Numbered from the whole stretch's first letter, positions 11,493-25,482 are shown. The stretch: DNA of 63,307 nt, filler included, from Octopus bimaculoides (GCF_001194135.2; 4 parts of 3 records of this genome joined end to end with filler, not necessarily neighbours in it), one strand, 5' to 3'. A program made the numbers and translations. The notes: generated from the sequence alone by a model not told the origin.

Positions 11493-13722
11493 TAATATAA
11501 TATAATAAATGTGAACGTCAGTGTGTCAGTGTGTCACACTTTTTCAACTTTACTCCTAGAGGCTGTAGCCCAACATATCTTACCATTATGGAATCAGGCT
11601 GACTCCATGAATAAATTAACAACGTTCAGGGCCGAATTCGGACCCACGATCCTGAAATTTTGGATTCCCAAGTTTTCATTTTTGTGATTGTTTTCGGCGA
11701 ATTTTTTACGCGACTTTCTGCGACAAATTTTTTTATACGATAACAATTTTTATAATCTAAAGGTTAACTCCGTGATCAATTTTTTAAAAAAACATTCCGA
11801 GCTCTAAGGCAGGATATAATCAAGAGACTACTTTTCTTAATTCGGAAAGTATAACACCTGCTAGTAATAATAATGAGAATTTAAGGGAGAAGAAGAATAA
11901 ATGACCACCTAGTCGAGAAAACAGACCTACCGAGAAAGACTCCAACACAGCTATTAAATCAAAGGATAAATTAATATAAGAATAGGAAAATAAATTCTAA
12001 GGTCGATAGGATTAATAATTTATATAATAATGGTAGAGATATGATTGGGCGGAATATGTCATCCTCTAATGATAAGATAAATACCAATAGTTTAGCCATA
12101 CTTAATAATCATACATACAATAGCACCTGTAATATTATAATTTATAAAACCACATCCAATGATATCCATCAATGATATCCAATGATATCCTCATCTTAAC
12201 TTACCTTGACCTTAATCAACTTTGGTATGAATACCTTAAACTACCCTCATTATTTGCTTACCTGTTATCTTTTTAGCTTATCTTTTATCATTTCCGGTTT
12301 TTCTTTTTAATCTTCTGTCTTTACACATATTTCTTATCAATTTTCTATTAATTTTTCTTATTTTGATTTTTTATCGTTGAATACTTTCCTTATCAATTTC
12401 TTGTCCTTTATGTTTTATTTTTATTGTTAAACTTTTATGTAGAATTGGATTTATATTTTACATTCCTATTTTTCTTCGCATATACTGGTATAACATTCTA
12501 TGAGGTGTGGAGTATGTTACATCTTCTCTCCGCACATATGCATGATAAGATGTGGCTCATTATGGTTCTTAAATTGATATCTTTCAGTTACTTATAATTA
12601 CAGCATATAATTATACTATATTCTTTATAATCCTCTTTTTTGTACATGTATGCTACATTTTTATACTGTTATATCTAATTATATCAGTACACACTTTTCC
12701 TAGCTGTTAAATTTTTCTTGTATACTTACATTTAATTATGTCTTTATATTATTGAATCATTTATCTTATTATCCTCCTTCTAATCCCTTACTTCCAATCA
12801 AAATATATTTTTCCAGATAAATTCCATATGTAAGTCGTGATCATTGTTCGAGTGGCCTTTGTAGCGACCACCTAATAGTTATGTAATGATGAGATATTAG
12901 GGTGATTCTACATAATAGTTATCTTCTTTTTAATGTTTAATCTGACCTGTGTATCCCTCTTATTTAACATGGTTGTAACACCCCTTTAAAATTTTTTTTT
13001 TTAATTTTAATTTAAATCTCATTTTTATGCAATATAATATTACAAGGGCCTTTGCTATACTTTGATTATAACCTTTTTCTTTCTGAGCCCTTAATGACTT
13101 CCTAGATCCCAGTATAACGCCCTAAGTTTCATAGCGTACGCCCCCCCCCCTTTAACAGAAAATAATGACAAAATTAGAAATGAATTATAATCCTATGACC
13201 CTCACAGTGTTCCATGCCACTCCAAAATTGTAGTTCTTCCCTTAGCTTATTCTTGCTGCAATAGTGACAGCATGAAATTCTTTCATCTTCTTAGCTCTGA
13301 CAAAATGTTTGAGAAAAATTATATTAATATATCTTGTCTGTTGAAATTCCATGTTTATTGCAGCTGAAGATAGCACTATATTTAAATTGATATAATGCTT
13401 GCATTGTTCAATTAAATGGAGCCTCTTCAAACGGTCGTATTGCACTAATACTTGACATCCTGCTACTTATTTAGATTTTATAAAGGACAAAAACAAGGAC
13501 GGGTCGTTCGCGGCCTTCTCTCAACAGTCAAGTTTCCAGATTGTCCTCATATATAATTTTACAACCTAAAGGTAAAAACACACACGTCACTAAAGTGAAC
13601 ATATATATATATGTACACACACATACATGTATACATGTATGTGTGTATGTTGTTACGTAAAAAATACAAGGATGCATACATAAATGCATGCATACATACG
13701 TACATGTGTATAGACATGCATG

Positions 13723-13753
<31 letters not shown>

Positions 13754-14635
13754 NNNNNNNNNNNNNNTATATATATACATGTTATCTCCGATATTTTACA
13801 AGTAAACGGAAATGTCATTATAAAGTTGATTGACTATGAACCCAATCCCTCCATTTGCCAGAGATAGCAGCAAAATTCCTCTCAAATCAAACCACATTTT
13901 AAAGTTTCAAATTACAAAAGGATACAAAGGACAATGTAACCGTAGATGGAATATGAGCAACTAAAGAACAGGGTGTCACAGGTGAGAAACCTTTAGGTCT
14001 GCTTACGCAGGGCCGTCTGGCCTACAACCCACATCTATCAGCATAGACAGGTTCTGAGAGGTATTGGCACAAAGGGAAACTTTGATAAAACGAATTCGTT
14101 GAATTGTGAAAAATATCGTTGCAAGTGTTAGAATGAAACTAACTGGAGCAGTGAAGTGGTTGAACTTGTCAAACTTTGAAAATGTAGAGAAAAATATTAC
14201 ACAGTCGGGGAAAATTTTAAACGTCAAAATAGAGGAGCTGGTCTTACCTTAGACCAAATAATTCATAATAATGAATATTAAATACATGCTGTTGGAGTTG
14301 GTTGTTTTATGTAGGATTTCTGTATTGGAAATAAGCAACGAAATAAGGTTTAAAAACACTTGGAGGAAATATTTGATATAAACTGTTGTAGAAAATATAT
14401 AAAGCTAAACAGCGTGGAAATGTATTTATAGAATAGCCTAGATTCTTATCAGTTTCTCTCTCACTCTCCCTTTCTCTCTTACTTCCTCTTTCTCTCTTTT
14501 TCTGTACACACACACGCGCGCGCACACACGCACACACGTCTTTTCCTTTCTTCTACTTTCTCTCACTCTCCACTCCTTTCACTCTTATCATTTCCCAGTA
14601 TTGGGCTATTTAATGCCTTACATACATGTATAGAC

Positions 14636-14668
<33 letters not shown>

Positions 14669-14881
14669 TGAATGACGTAATATATATATGTGTGTGTGTG
14701 TGTGTGTGAGTGTATGTGAGTGTATGTGGGTCTTGTATAAACAATGTACTTCGAATACTTGTTATAAATAATAGCTAATGTTACATCCACACTAAGATGT
14801 ACACTACATGTATGAGTGCGTCTGCTTGTGTTTGTGTTTGTGTTTGTGTGTATCTCTGTATCCGTGCACACATGCTTGTGT

Positions 14882-14912
<31 letters not shown>

Positions 14913-15174
14913 AAGTTTGGCAAGTCAACAGCCATCGAAACATACGCACATATGTCCACATTACATATTTAGTGACATGTTTCTATTTTATGCAAAACGA
15001 GGCAATGGAAGGAACAAGTAACATTCTTCTCCCCAGCTTCGAAGATGGAGGCAGCAGCTGGCCAATAAGGGCAACTGGTGCAGGCACCAACGTAATGTCA
15101 TGTTGGGTCAGAAACTATGATGCAGGGAAAACACTTGGAATAATGCTTTACGGCTCGGACACACATAAAAATTA

Positions 15175-15717
15175 GATCTAGGGAGAGTAATCTACCGGGA
15201 GCTTTGTAGAAAGCTAGGATTTGAACATGTTGATAAATGGCATGAAGATGAAACTAGTAAAGTACTCGAAAGTAAGAAATATAAGATGTTGTAGGACTTT
15301 AATATTCAAACTGACAGAGGAATAGAAGCTGGGAGGCCTGATTTGGTAGTCGTAGATAAAGAGAATAGAAAGCGCAAGATAATTGACTTTACAGTCCCAA
15401 ATGATGAAAAAATCAATATGAGTAGTATAGAAAAAAAACAGCCAAGTACCAGGACCTAGATATTGGATTAGGGAGACTATGGAAAGTGCGAGTAAAAGGT
15501 ATCCCAGTCGTTATAGGTGCATTGGGAGCTATCCCTAAAGATCTGAACAGATGGATGGAGGAAATAGGCATAAAACCCAGTATAGTACAGCTGCAGAAAA
15601 CAGTGTTATTAGGGACAGCTAGAATACTTAGGAAGGTTCTTAGCATCTAAGGTTACTTGCTGTAGCCCGATGTGCATATCTTTTCTTTCCCAACAGTCGA
15701 ATTTGTTGTGTGTATAT

Positions 15718-15787
<70 letters not shown>
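15175..15787 (+). mobile_element. R4/Dong-like LINE 3' end (restriction-like endonuclease, 3' UTR, (AAT)n tail)
   Basis: VIYRELCRKLGFEHVDKW...DFNIQTDRGIEAGRPDLVVVDKENRKRKIIDFTVPND and KYQDL...RLWKVRVKGIPVVIGALGAIP...LQKTVLLGTARILRKVLSI*; carries the PD..D catalytic motif. Confidence 0.9.
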
Positions 15788-15849
15788 TATTGAAAATGAA
15801 ACGAGGATGATTTGAAAGAAATTGAAATGTCAAGTGAGCAAATCAACGA

Positions 15850-16390
15850 GAGCGGTTGAAAAAGGACAGTGGTATAAATATTTGGGAATATTGAAAGCAG
15901 ACGAGATAAAAAAAGATGAAGAAATGAAACAAATTGCCAGTAGAGAGTACACAAGGAGATTCAGAAACTTATTGGAGTGAAAGCTGGGTTCCAAAAATAT
16001 TATTGAAGCAATAAATTCAAGAGTTGTACCTTCAATCAGATATAGAGTTGAAATTATAGACTGGAACAGAAACGATAGAAAGAAGCAGGACAGAAAAATT
16101 AGGAAGTTATTGACGATGAATGGAGCCGACCATCCGAAAACTGATATCAACCGACTGTACCGGAGGAGTGACCAGGATGGAAGAGATTGAGTAGCAGTAG
16201 AAGAATGTGTACAGATGGGAAGAAATTGTCTTGTAGCGTATTTACAGAGCAGTTCAGAAAAACTACTAAAGGTAGCTAAGAAAGAACAGGTGATGAAGCG
16301 CATAATGGAAGAAAAGGTCAAGAAAGAAATACAAAGAGAACTGATCGAAGTGAATAATAATAAATGCCTTAATGCAATACCAGGCAATGG
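15850..16390 (+). mobile_element. R4/Dong-like LINE fragment (RT C-terminus and thumb)
   Basis: WYKYLGILKADEIK...NIIEAINSRVVPSIRY...DRKIRKLLTMNGADHPKTDINRLYRR, with in-frame stops. Confidence 0.9.
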
Positions 16391-17843
16391 CTTTAATGGC
16401 TTCACATCTTAATTGATTGGAAGTGTTATCGTCTGCATGTTTTGTCTTGGTATAAAAGATGCGATATATATATGTGTATGGTGTGGGCGCCGCGTGCGCG
16501 TGGTATCTTTATACGTATGTATACGTGTATTCATATACATATATATACATACACATAAGGGCATCTTAAAAGTAGAAAAACATTCGGAAGAGACTTGGTC
16601 GTGGACACTGATTCCAAAATTGACCACCGGTCAGTGGTTATAATATTGAGATTTGCCAGGAAGCTGTCAGTGGTATTAGCTACCTATTAGACAGGATGTC
16701 GAGGTTAGAAGATTATATAATGCAATCCGTAGGAAGGATTACCTTGAGGCAACACATATAAGAAGCTACAGTGATGTGACGGATATAATCAAGTCCATCT
16801 GTCCTCGTTTATTGCTGATTCATTCATCAAGGATTCAGGATAACGCGTTATGCTGTGAACCGTGTTACGCTTATCACGGATTGATGTGTGATAAAACAGG
16901 TTGGCGATCAGTCAAAGATTCTGCTTGGACTGTAAAATTTAACTCCATCCACATTACTCAGGACAACGTGGATTCTCAGAACGAAACCTGTTTTCTCCCA
17001 TTTGTTTTAGTATTCAGTTATCTCTGGTTCATTTAACACGGCGGTTTTTCATAGAACCAATCAACCGTGATAAACATAGAAAGATGTATAATGTACTCGA
17101 ATAACAGTGAAATATTGCTAGGAAGACCACAGTAAAATGCAAACATAAGACACGCACGTAATGATCAGCGATAGAGATAAAGAAATTGTGTGCACAACAG
17201 TGGAGATCAATTGACCAGCACATGTTAACATAATGTTAAAGGTTAGTGAAAAATGGAAACATCTATAGACAAATAGCCATGTGCGCATAAGACTTAATGC
17301 AAATACATCACGAAGAACCAAACTAACCGTGGTATTCGCCCAGAGACAACATCTCTTATACATGCATTGTGCTTAATAACACAAATATAACAGATATATA
17401 TACACACGCATACATACACACATGTATGATACACATATAGCTTGTTTAATCTAACACAGTTCTTTTTGTATATAACTTATCTGTAGTGAAGTAGTAAGAA
17501 ATCTAGAAACACAAGCAGAAGTGCAGCTTTAGGTTTCTGCCAATAATTATAAGGGTACGTGGATGTGAAGTTAACTACTGTATCACTTATCTTGACAAGA
17601 TGTGGGCTCATAAAAGTAAAAAAGAACACGGCTAATTAAAAATTTGCAGATACGAGCTTTTAATGGAACCGGGAGAGGGTGTAGAAGTCTAGCACCTATT
17701 AAGTGCTTAGACATACATTTAGGCGCATACATTCAGGTATGAGTACTCGCATATAGATAAATGAAAACATACAGACCTAACATGCAACATCGTATTCGTA
17801 CACACGCGCGTGCGCATGCACACACACATACACACAGTCACAC

Positions 17844-18061
17844 ACGAGGGAGTGTCAAAACTTTCCTGGCTTTAAGTGTATCACGAAAGGCTTGGCCGGA
17901 AGCCCAGCCTTCCGGCTTCTTTTACAGGGTTTGGAAAAGCTGAAGGATCGCTGCAATAAGTCTATAAATCTGAAAGGGGAATATGTTGAATGAAATCATA
18001 ATTAACGGACCCTCCTGTATTTTCTTTTACCCAATGCCAGGAACTTTTCAGCAACCCTTCA
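17844..18061 (+). mobile_element. Internally deleted mariner element (MITE-like)
   Basis: Terminal inverted repeats ACGAGGGAGTGTCAAAACTTTCCTGGC / GCCAGGAACTTTTCAGCAACCCT. The interior encodes GLEKLKDRCNKSINLKGEYVE*, the mariner transposase C-terminus. Confidence 0.8.
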
Positions 18062-19845
18062 CACCAGAATCCAGGAGCACATCTTGCGGGCCAAGTCAAC
18101 CTTGCTGTTTACGTGCGAACTCCAGCTTAGATTGTTATCAACAATTATTCTGACACTAGGGAGTCGCCCGAGGGTAGAGCATATGGTAGTTTCAGAGTTT
18201 CCTCTTTCCCAAAGTGAATCAAATCAAACTTATCTTCATTTAAAAGCATATTGTCTTTTTACGCCCATTGGACATTAGCAAACAGATCTGACTGAAGGCA
18301 TGTTCAGTCTCTCATGCCGTTTATGGTATTCTGGAGGTTGGAATCATCTGCAAAGATTTTCATACAATTATATATGTGTGTGTGTGTGTTCTATGCATGT
18401 GTGCAACATGCATATATNNNNNNNNNNNNNNNNNNNNNNNNNNNNNNNNNNNNNNNNNNNNNNNNNNNNNNNNNNNNNNNNNNNNNNNNNNNNNNNNNNN
18501 NNNNNNNNNNNNNNNNNNNNNNNNNNNNNNNNNNNNNNNNNNNNNNNNNNNNNNNNNNNNNNNNNNNNNNNNNNNNNNNNNNNNNNNNNNNNNNNNNNNN
18601 NNNNNNNNNNNNNNNNNNNNNNNNNNNNNNNNNNNNNNNNNNNNNNNNNNNNNNNNNNNNNNNNNNNNNNNNNNNNNNNNNNNNNNNNNNNNNNNNNNNN
18701 NNNNNNNNNNNNNNNNNNNNNNNNNNNNNNNNNNNNNNNNNNNNNNNNNNNNNNNNNNNNNNNNNNNNNNNNNNNNNNNNNNNNNNNNNNNNNNNNNNNN
18801 NNNNNNNNNNNNNNNNNNNNNNNNNNNNNNNNNNNNNNNNNNNNNNNNNNNNNNNNNNNNNNNNNNNNNNNNNNNNNNNNNNNNNNNNNNNNNNNNNNNN
18901 NNNNNNNNNNNNNNNNNNNNNNNNNNNNNNNNNNNNNNNNNNNNNNNNNATATATATATATATATATATATATATAAAGAAGGAGTAAATGGCATTGTTA
19001 TCCATTTCATAGAGCTCAACTAATTAGCGGTCTAATGGAGCTTCAGGAATATAAATTAATGAGAGAAGCAAATTTCAGACGTCGGTGTATATATTCATTC
19101 AATCGATTTTAAATCATCGGAATTCTCCACAGTATACAAAGATGTGGTCACATATATGAGACAGGATAAAAATTTACAAGAATTTATAAATATATATACA
19201 CATTCGAAGATTTGTAAATATATGAAAATTCATAAACATGTAATAAGTTATAAACATATAAGAATTTATAGATGCATAAATATAAATACATTGATGTACT
19301 TATGAGGTTTGAATGCCCGTATTAGAATCATTGTGGAGAGCAGATGAGAAAGTTAGTATAACATGATTTAAGAGGAATCCTGAATAAGCGCTAAGTCTGA
19401 CGGCCATTTCGGGACGATATAGGTTGGTATGGGTGAGCTAACTCCAAGCATAGCAATTATCTATACTTCCATCTTCCATCATCGGAGTTAAGAGATTCAA
19501 AGAGTTGTTAAAATTTTAAGAGACATGAAAGATTTGAGAATTTTTAGAAAACGAATGTTTTGTCTGACCATACTGCTCATGCGCATGATGTAATTAAACT
19601 TCAATTTACAGGTTAAGACACATTACGACGCTATGTATAATAGTATTTTAAGACGAATCCAAAATATGAAGGGTGACTAATTTAAATCCTACAGGCTAAT
19701 TATTTTGGCAGAAGGATTTAAAAGTTGAAAGATATTTACGTCTGCAAGTAATTATGACATCAGATATTTTATTAAGCATTTTTTTGTTGGCAGGAAGTTT
19801 GTGGTTCGCCTCCTTCGTGCATAAATTGCAATTTTTAGTGTGTAT

Positions 19846-19935
19846 AGACTTTTTCAATTCCCGAGCGTTATACTAATACATCTGTTTGTTTTCTACACCA
19901 CCTGTCTTCATCTGTTGTTTTTTGGGAATTAATCC
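19846..19935 (+). mobile_element. F2 copy containing only the sequence downstream of the hammerhead
   Basis: AGACTTTTTCAATTCCCGAGCGTTATACTAATACATCTGTTTGTTTTCTACACCACCTGTCTTC is the reverse complement of 3095-3160. Confidence 0.85.
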
Positions 19936-19944
19936 TATATATAT

Positions 19945-20105
19945 TCTTTTATTCTTTCACTTGTTTCAATCATTTGACTGCGGTCATGCTGGAGCAAAAT
20001 CGACCTCTGGACTTATTCTAGTACTTATTCTATCGGACACTTATGCCGAAACGCTAAGTTATGGGGACGTAAGCACACCAACATTAGTTGTCAAGCGATG
20101 GTGAA
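19945..20105 (-). mobile_element. SINE family A, 3' part
   Basis: TTGTTTCAATCATTTGACTGCGGTCATGCTGGAGCA...GTACTTATTCTATCGG...TTGTCAAGCGATG. Confidence 0.85.
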
Positions 20106-20131
20106 CGACAAATATAGACACACAAATACAA

Positions 20132-20164
<33 letters not shown>

Positions 20165-20467
20165 NNNNNNNNNNNNNNNNNNNNNNNNNNNNNNNNNNNN
20201 NNNNNNNNNNNNNNNNNNNNNNNNNNNNNNNNNNNNNNNNNNNNNNNNNNNNNNNNNNNNNNNNNNNNNNNNNNNNNNNNNNNNNNNNNNNNNNNNNNNN
20301 NNNNNNNNNNNNNNNNNNNNNNNNNNNNNNNNNNNNNNNNNNNNNNNNNNNNNNNNNNNNNNNNNNNNNATATATATATATATATATATATATAACATAT
20401 ATATACATACATGCATCTGTACATACGTACATACACACGCACGCACACACACACACACACACACATA

Positions 20468-21520
20468 CACACCACCGTTCAAAAGTTTGAATACACTTCA
20501 GTTTGTTTTTTATTCAAAAGCTAATTTATTTAACAGTGGCAGTCATTAATGGCTTGTCAAATATAACAAATAGATCGTCACAATGCTGGTCGTAAAATAA
20601 TAGAAACATACAGAGATTTTAGCACTGGTTCATATAACATATCATATTCAATCATCAGAATAGAAACAGTGTTTTGCTGTTTAAATACGACACCAAATGT
20701 TATCAGTGTCATAAAGTTTAGCTTTGGTTAATTTCATTTCTATAAAATGAAATTTTATTTCTGAGAAAATTGATAAAAATTCATTTGAATTTTGTTAGTT
20801 TAAATTGCAACAATAATCTCTTTTATTTCCAGAAAAAATATCCTAACTCTAAGAAAAGAGGGATATTCAACGTGAAAGATTACTTCTTGACTGAATGTTT
20901 TTGTTAATGGTGTTTTTTGCTGTAAAAAGATTCAACGAATCAGGGTCTAATCATGACGGAAAACGATCTGGACGACCAAAATCTACTTCAAAACGTCAAG
21001 ACTAAACATCGAACTCACAAGTCTTTGAAATAGACGTTTAGCAGCATCAAAAATTACAGCAAACCTCAATCAAACAATTGGCTTATCTATATCTGTGCCA
21101 ACAGTGAAAAGAAAGACTTTCTGATGCATGAATACAAGGTCAATGTGCTGCTAGAAAACCTTTATTAAGATCTGTAAACGAAATAAAGAGACTAGAAAAT
21201 ACAGAAATAACAGCATAGAAAATTAGAAAAGTGTTTTTTGGACAGATGAGTCAAAATTTAAAATATTTGACTGACGAAGAACTGGTTTGTACGGAGATTT
21301 GGTGGAAGAATCGCTCCCTCGGTGCACAGTTAAGCTTGGAGGAGGTTCGGTGTTGGTGTGGAGGTGTTTTGCAGGCCATAAGATGCAAAACAACTACACG
21401 TGGATACTTCTCAGTTAACAACGACTTCCATTTTCAATGGGCCATGACACCTCACCTCAAGATTTATCTTAAAATGTTTCTATCGGGTGGTGCTAATTCA
21501 GATAAACATGGCCTAGGCCA
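20468..21520 (+). mobile_element. Tc1-family DNA transposon fossil
   Basis: The 5' end CACCACCGTTCAAAAGTTTG is Tc1 TIR-like. Broken frames give KRSGRPKSTS, ARKPLL, WTDESKFKIF and TVKLGGGSVLVWRCF. Confidence 0.85.
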
Positions 21521-21673
21521 AACTTTTACCGAAACGTATCTAAGTTATCAATGATGTCATATTATCATTTACTTACCTTTATTTTTATAATTTTCTGCAG
21601 TATGTATGCATGTATGTATGTGAGATAATAGTTTCAGTATTAATAGTGAATAATAGTACTTTCTGGACAGTAG

Positions 21674-21710
<37 letters not shown>

Positions 21711-22516
21711 CTGTATTTATGTATGTATGTACGTACGTATGTATGTATATATATATATANNNNNNNNNNNNNNNNNNNNNNNNNNNNNNNNNNNNNNNNN
21801 NNNNNNNNNNNNNNNNNNNNNNNNNNNNNNNNNNNNNNNNNNNNNNNNNNNNNNNNNNNNNNNNNNNNNNNNNNNNNNNNNNNNNNNNNNNNNNNNNNNN
21901 NNNNNNNNNNNNNNNNNNNNNNNNNNNNNNNNNNNNNNNNNNNNNNNNNNNNNNNNNNNNNNNNNNNNNNNNNNNNNNNNNNNNNNNNNNNNNNNNNNNN
22001 NNNNNNNNNNNNNNNNNNNNNNNNNNNNNNNNNNNNNNNNNNNNNNNNNNNNNNNNNNNNNNNNNNNNNNNNNNNNNNNNNNNNNNNNNNNNNNNNNNNN
22101 NNNNNNNNNNNNNNNNNNNNNNNNNNNNNNNNNNNNNNNNNNNNNNNNNNNNNNNNNNNNNNNNNNNNNNNNNNNNNNNNNNNNNNNNNNNNNNNNNNNN
22201 NNNNNNNNNNNNNNNNNNNNNNNNNNNNNNNNNNNNNNNNNNNNNNNNNNNNNNNNNNNNNNNNNNNNNNNNNNNNNNNNNNNNNNNNNNNNNNNNNNNN
22301 NNNNNNNNNNNNNNNNNNNNNNNNNNNNNNNNNNNNNNNNNNNNNNNNNNNNNNNNNNNNNNNNNNNNNNNNNNNNNNNNNNNNNNNNNNNNNNNNNNNN
22401 NNNNNNNNNNNNNNNNNNNNNNNNNNNNNNNNNNNNNNNNNNNNNNNNNNNNNNNNNNNNNNNNNNNNNNNNNNNNNNNNNNNNNNNNNNNNNNNNNNNN
22501 NNNNNNNNNNNNNNNN

Positions 22517-22564
<48 letters not shown>

Positions 22565-23559
22565 TATACAAACAGCATAATATGTAGAATTAACAAGGAA
22601 ATCAACCAACCTAAATATTGCCAGCAGCAACGCACCCGTTCTACTACCATTGCATCACTCGAATCGCAAGGACACAACTCCACAAGAAAGCATGATGACC
22701 ATCTTTAGCAAACAAAAAGCAGCTGAGGAGAGTTGGGCCATTGAGAAAATAAAACTCAATCCCAAAGTGTTCTTTTCATTTCAATTCCTTTCAAATGGAA
22801 TTTTGTCAATAATTATTAATGATCTCTAATTAAAAGTGACGAGCTGGCAGACTCGTTTACTGCGCTGGACAAAATGTTTAGAAGCATTTCATCCAGCCTC
22901 ACGTTCTNNNNNNNNNNNNNNNNNNNNNNNNNNNNNNNNNNNNNNNNNNNNNNNNNNNNNNNNNNNNNNNNNNNNNNNNNNNNNNNNNNNNNNNNNNNNN
23001 NNNNNNNNNNNNNNNNNNNNNNNNNNNNNNNNNNNNNNNNNNNNNNNNNNNNNNNNNNNNNNNNNNNNNNNNNNNNNNNNNNNNNNNNNNNNNNNNNNNN
23101 NNNNNNNNNNNNNNNNNNNNNNNNNNNNNNNNNNNNNNNNNNNNNNNNNNNNNNNNNNNNNNNNNNNNNNNNNNNNNNNNNNNNNNNNNNNNNNNNNNNN
23201 NNNNNNNNNNNNNNNNNNNNNNNNNNNNNNNNNNNNNNNNNNNNNNNNNNNNNNNNNNNNNNNNNNNNNNNNNNNNNNNNNNNNNNNNNNNNNNNNNNNN
23301 NNNNNNNNNNNNNNNNNNNNNNNNNNNNNNNNNNNNNNNNNNNNNNNNNNNNNNNNNNNNNNNNNNNNNNNNNNNNNNNNNNATATATATATATATAGGA
23401 AAAATGATAAATTCACAACTGTCCTAATAAATTTATTTTTGTGCATTACGTTTGCCTTTTATTTCATAATAAAACCTTTCGATATTTTTATTTTCTTTCC
23501 CTTCTTCTCTCTCTCTTTTTATTTGTTTTCTTTTGTATATATTGATATTTGAATAAGTG

Positions 23560-24490
23560 AAAATGCGTGACGTATCTAATTCCTAAATAAAGCAAATTGT
23601 TGGAGAGCAAATGGTTAGAACTTCTGTCTCTAAATTCACTGAATTGTTTAATGTTTTGTGAGGTACAGTCTTTAAAACCATGTTGGCATTCTAAAGCCGA
23701 AGTAAAACCAGCTCTGACAAGCATAATTCTGGACAGAAGGCAAAGCTCTTGAGAAGAACCTCAGAAAAGTGAAATGTGTTGTGTCTTTAAAATCATCGAA
23801 TTGCGACAGCAAAAGAGACAGAAAAGCTAAACGACTTCGTTGTCAACCTCGTGTCAACGAACACCGTTCGTAACGATTTCCATAAAACTGGGTACCATGA
23901 CAGGACTGCAATTGATATACCTCTCCTGTTGCCATCGGCAATGATAAGCAGAATGACAGTGTTTAGACCCTCAAAGTTGGTCAATGACTTAATGGAATAA
24001 TATCATCTCTCATGAATCACCATTCACTATTCTGACCCTCTTCGGGATAAGTTTATGCCTGAAAACAGGCCAAAGGATGCTGTTTCGTCTGTACCGTGAA
24101 GCATGGAGGTGGCCCTTTGATGATTTGGGCGGCAGTATCACAGAATTCCCAAGACGCTTAAGTTATCCTTCTTAACCGTTAATGCTGTTCAAAATTGGTA
24201 CGAAGAGCATAGAAGTATATTAGCCCTCACACTCACCGGATCTCAACATAAACGACCATTTATGGTGCGTTTTGGAACATCAATTGGGGGACCACGTCCA
24301 TCCACCATCAACGCTGACAGAGCTACAGCAGGTCTTACCCGGAAAAAAGCTGAAAATTACTTTAACGAGCGTTGAAGACCTGCAAATGTCGATTCTTTGA
24401 CGTACAAGATCTGATACCAAAGGTGGACCAATTCTGTGTTTAATAAAATAAACTTCCATTTCACAAAGTGTTTCCATTACTTTACAAAAA
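23560..24490 (+). mobile_element. Second Tc1-family transposon fossil
   Basis: TVKHGGGPLMIWAAVS, PHSPDLNINDHLWCVLE and a terminal KGGP motif in broken frames. Confidence 0.8.
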
Positions 24491-24502
24491 CGCGCGCGCG
24501 CG

Positions 24503-24540
<38 letters not shown>

Positions 24541-24633
24541 CACACACATACACACACGCACACACAGACACAAAACACGTGTATGCATATATGTATATAT
24601 GTACATGCACATATATATATATAGAGAGAGAGA

Positions 24634-25374
24634 GTTCAATCCCATTGCGTGGCATCTTGGGCAAGTGCCTTTTACAATAGCCTCGGGCCGGCCAAAGCCT
24701 TGTGAGTGGATTTGGTAGATGGAAACTGAAAGATCGTCGTGTATATATACATATATATNNNNNNNNNNNNNNNNNNNNNNNNNNNNNNNNNNNNNNNNNN
24801 NNNNNNNNNNNNNNNNNNNNNNNNNNNNNNNNNNNNNNNNNNNNNNNNNNNNNNNNNNNNNNNNNNNNNNNNNNNNNNNNNNNNNNNNNNNNNNNNNNNN
24901 NNNNNNNNNNNNNNNNNNNNNNNNNNNNNNNNNNNNNNNNNNNNNNNNNNNNNNNNNNNNNNNNNNNNNNNNNNNNNNNNNNNNNNNNNNNNNNNNNNNN
25001 NNNNNNNNNNNNNNNNNNNNNNNNNNNNNNNNNNNNNNNNNNNNNNNNNNNNNNNNNNNNNNNNNNNNNNNNNNNNNNNNNNNNNNNNNNNNNNNNNNNN
25101 NNNNNNNNNNNNNNNNNNNNNNNNNTATATATATGCATATATATATATATATTTATGTGAGCGTGTTTTGTGTCTGTGTTTGTCCCAAACCATCACTTGA
25201 CAACCGGTATTGGTATATTTACGTCCCCGTAACTTAGTGGTTCGACACAAGAGACCGATAGAATAAGTACTAGGCTTTCAAAGAAAAAGTCCTGGGGTTG
25301 ATTTGTTCGACTGAAAGGCGGTGCTCCAGCATGGCCACAGTCAAATTACTGAAACAAGTAAAAGAATAAAAGAA
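24634..25374 (+). mobile_element. SINE family A (5'-truncated at the B box; internal microsatellite lies in a gap)
   Basis: GTTCAATCCCATTGCGTGGCATCTTGGGCAAGTG...GGATTTGGTAGA...GACCGATAGAATAAGTACTAGGC...GGTGCTCCAGCATGGCC. Confidence 0.9.
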
Positions 25375-25440
25375 TACATACATACACACAGACAGACAGA
25401 CAGATAGACATACAGACAGATAGACATACAGATGCACATA

Positions 25441-25482
<42 letters not shown>

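Noticed and set aside
12600-13000. Minus-strand TTYIWNLSGKIYFDWK, resembling a Penelope GIY-YIG C-terminus
   Set aside because: This is a single short motif in stop-ridden AT-rich sequence and is not enough to call.
22570-22780. EESWAIEKIKLNPKVFFS, resembling the pre-RT region of CR1-like LINEs
   Set aside because: Too short and degenerate to classify without a search.
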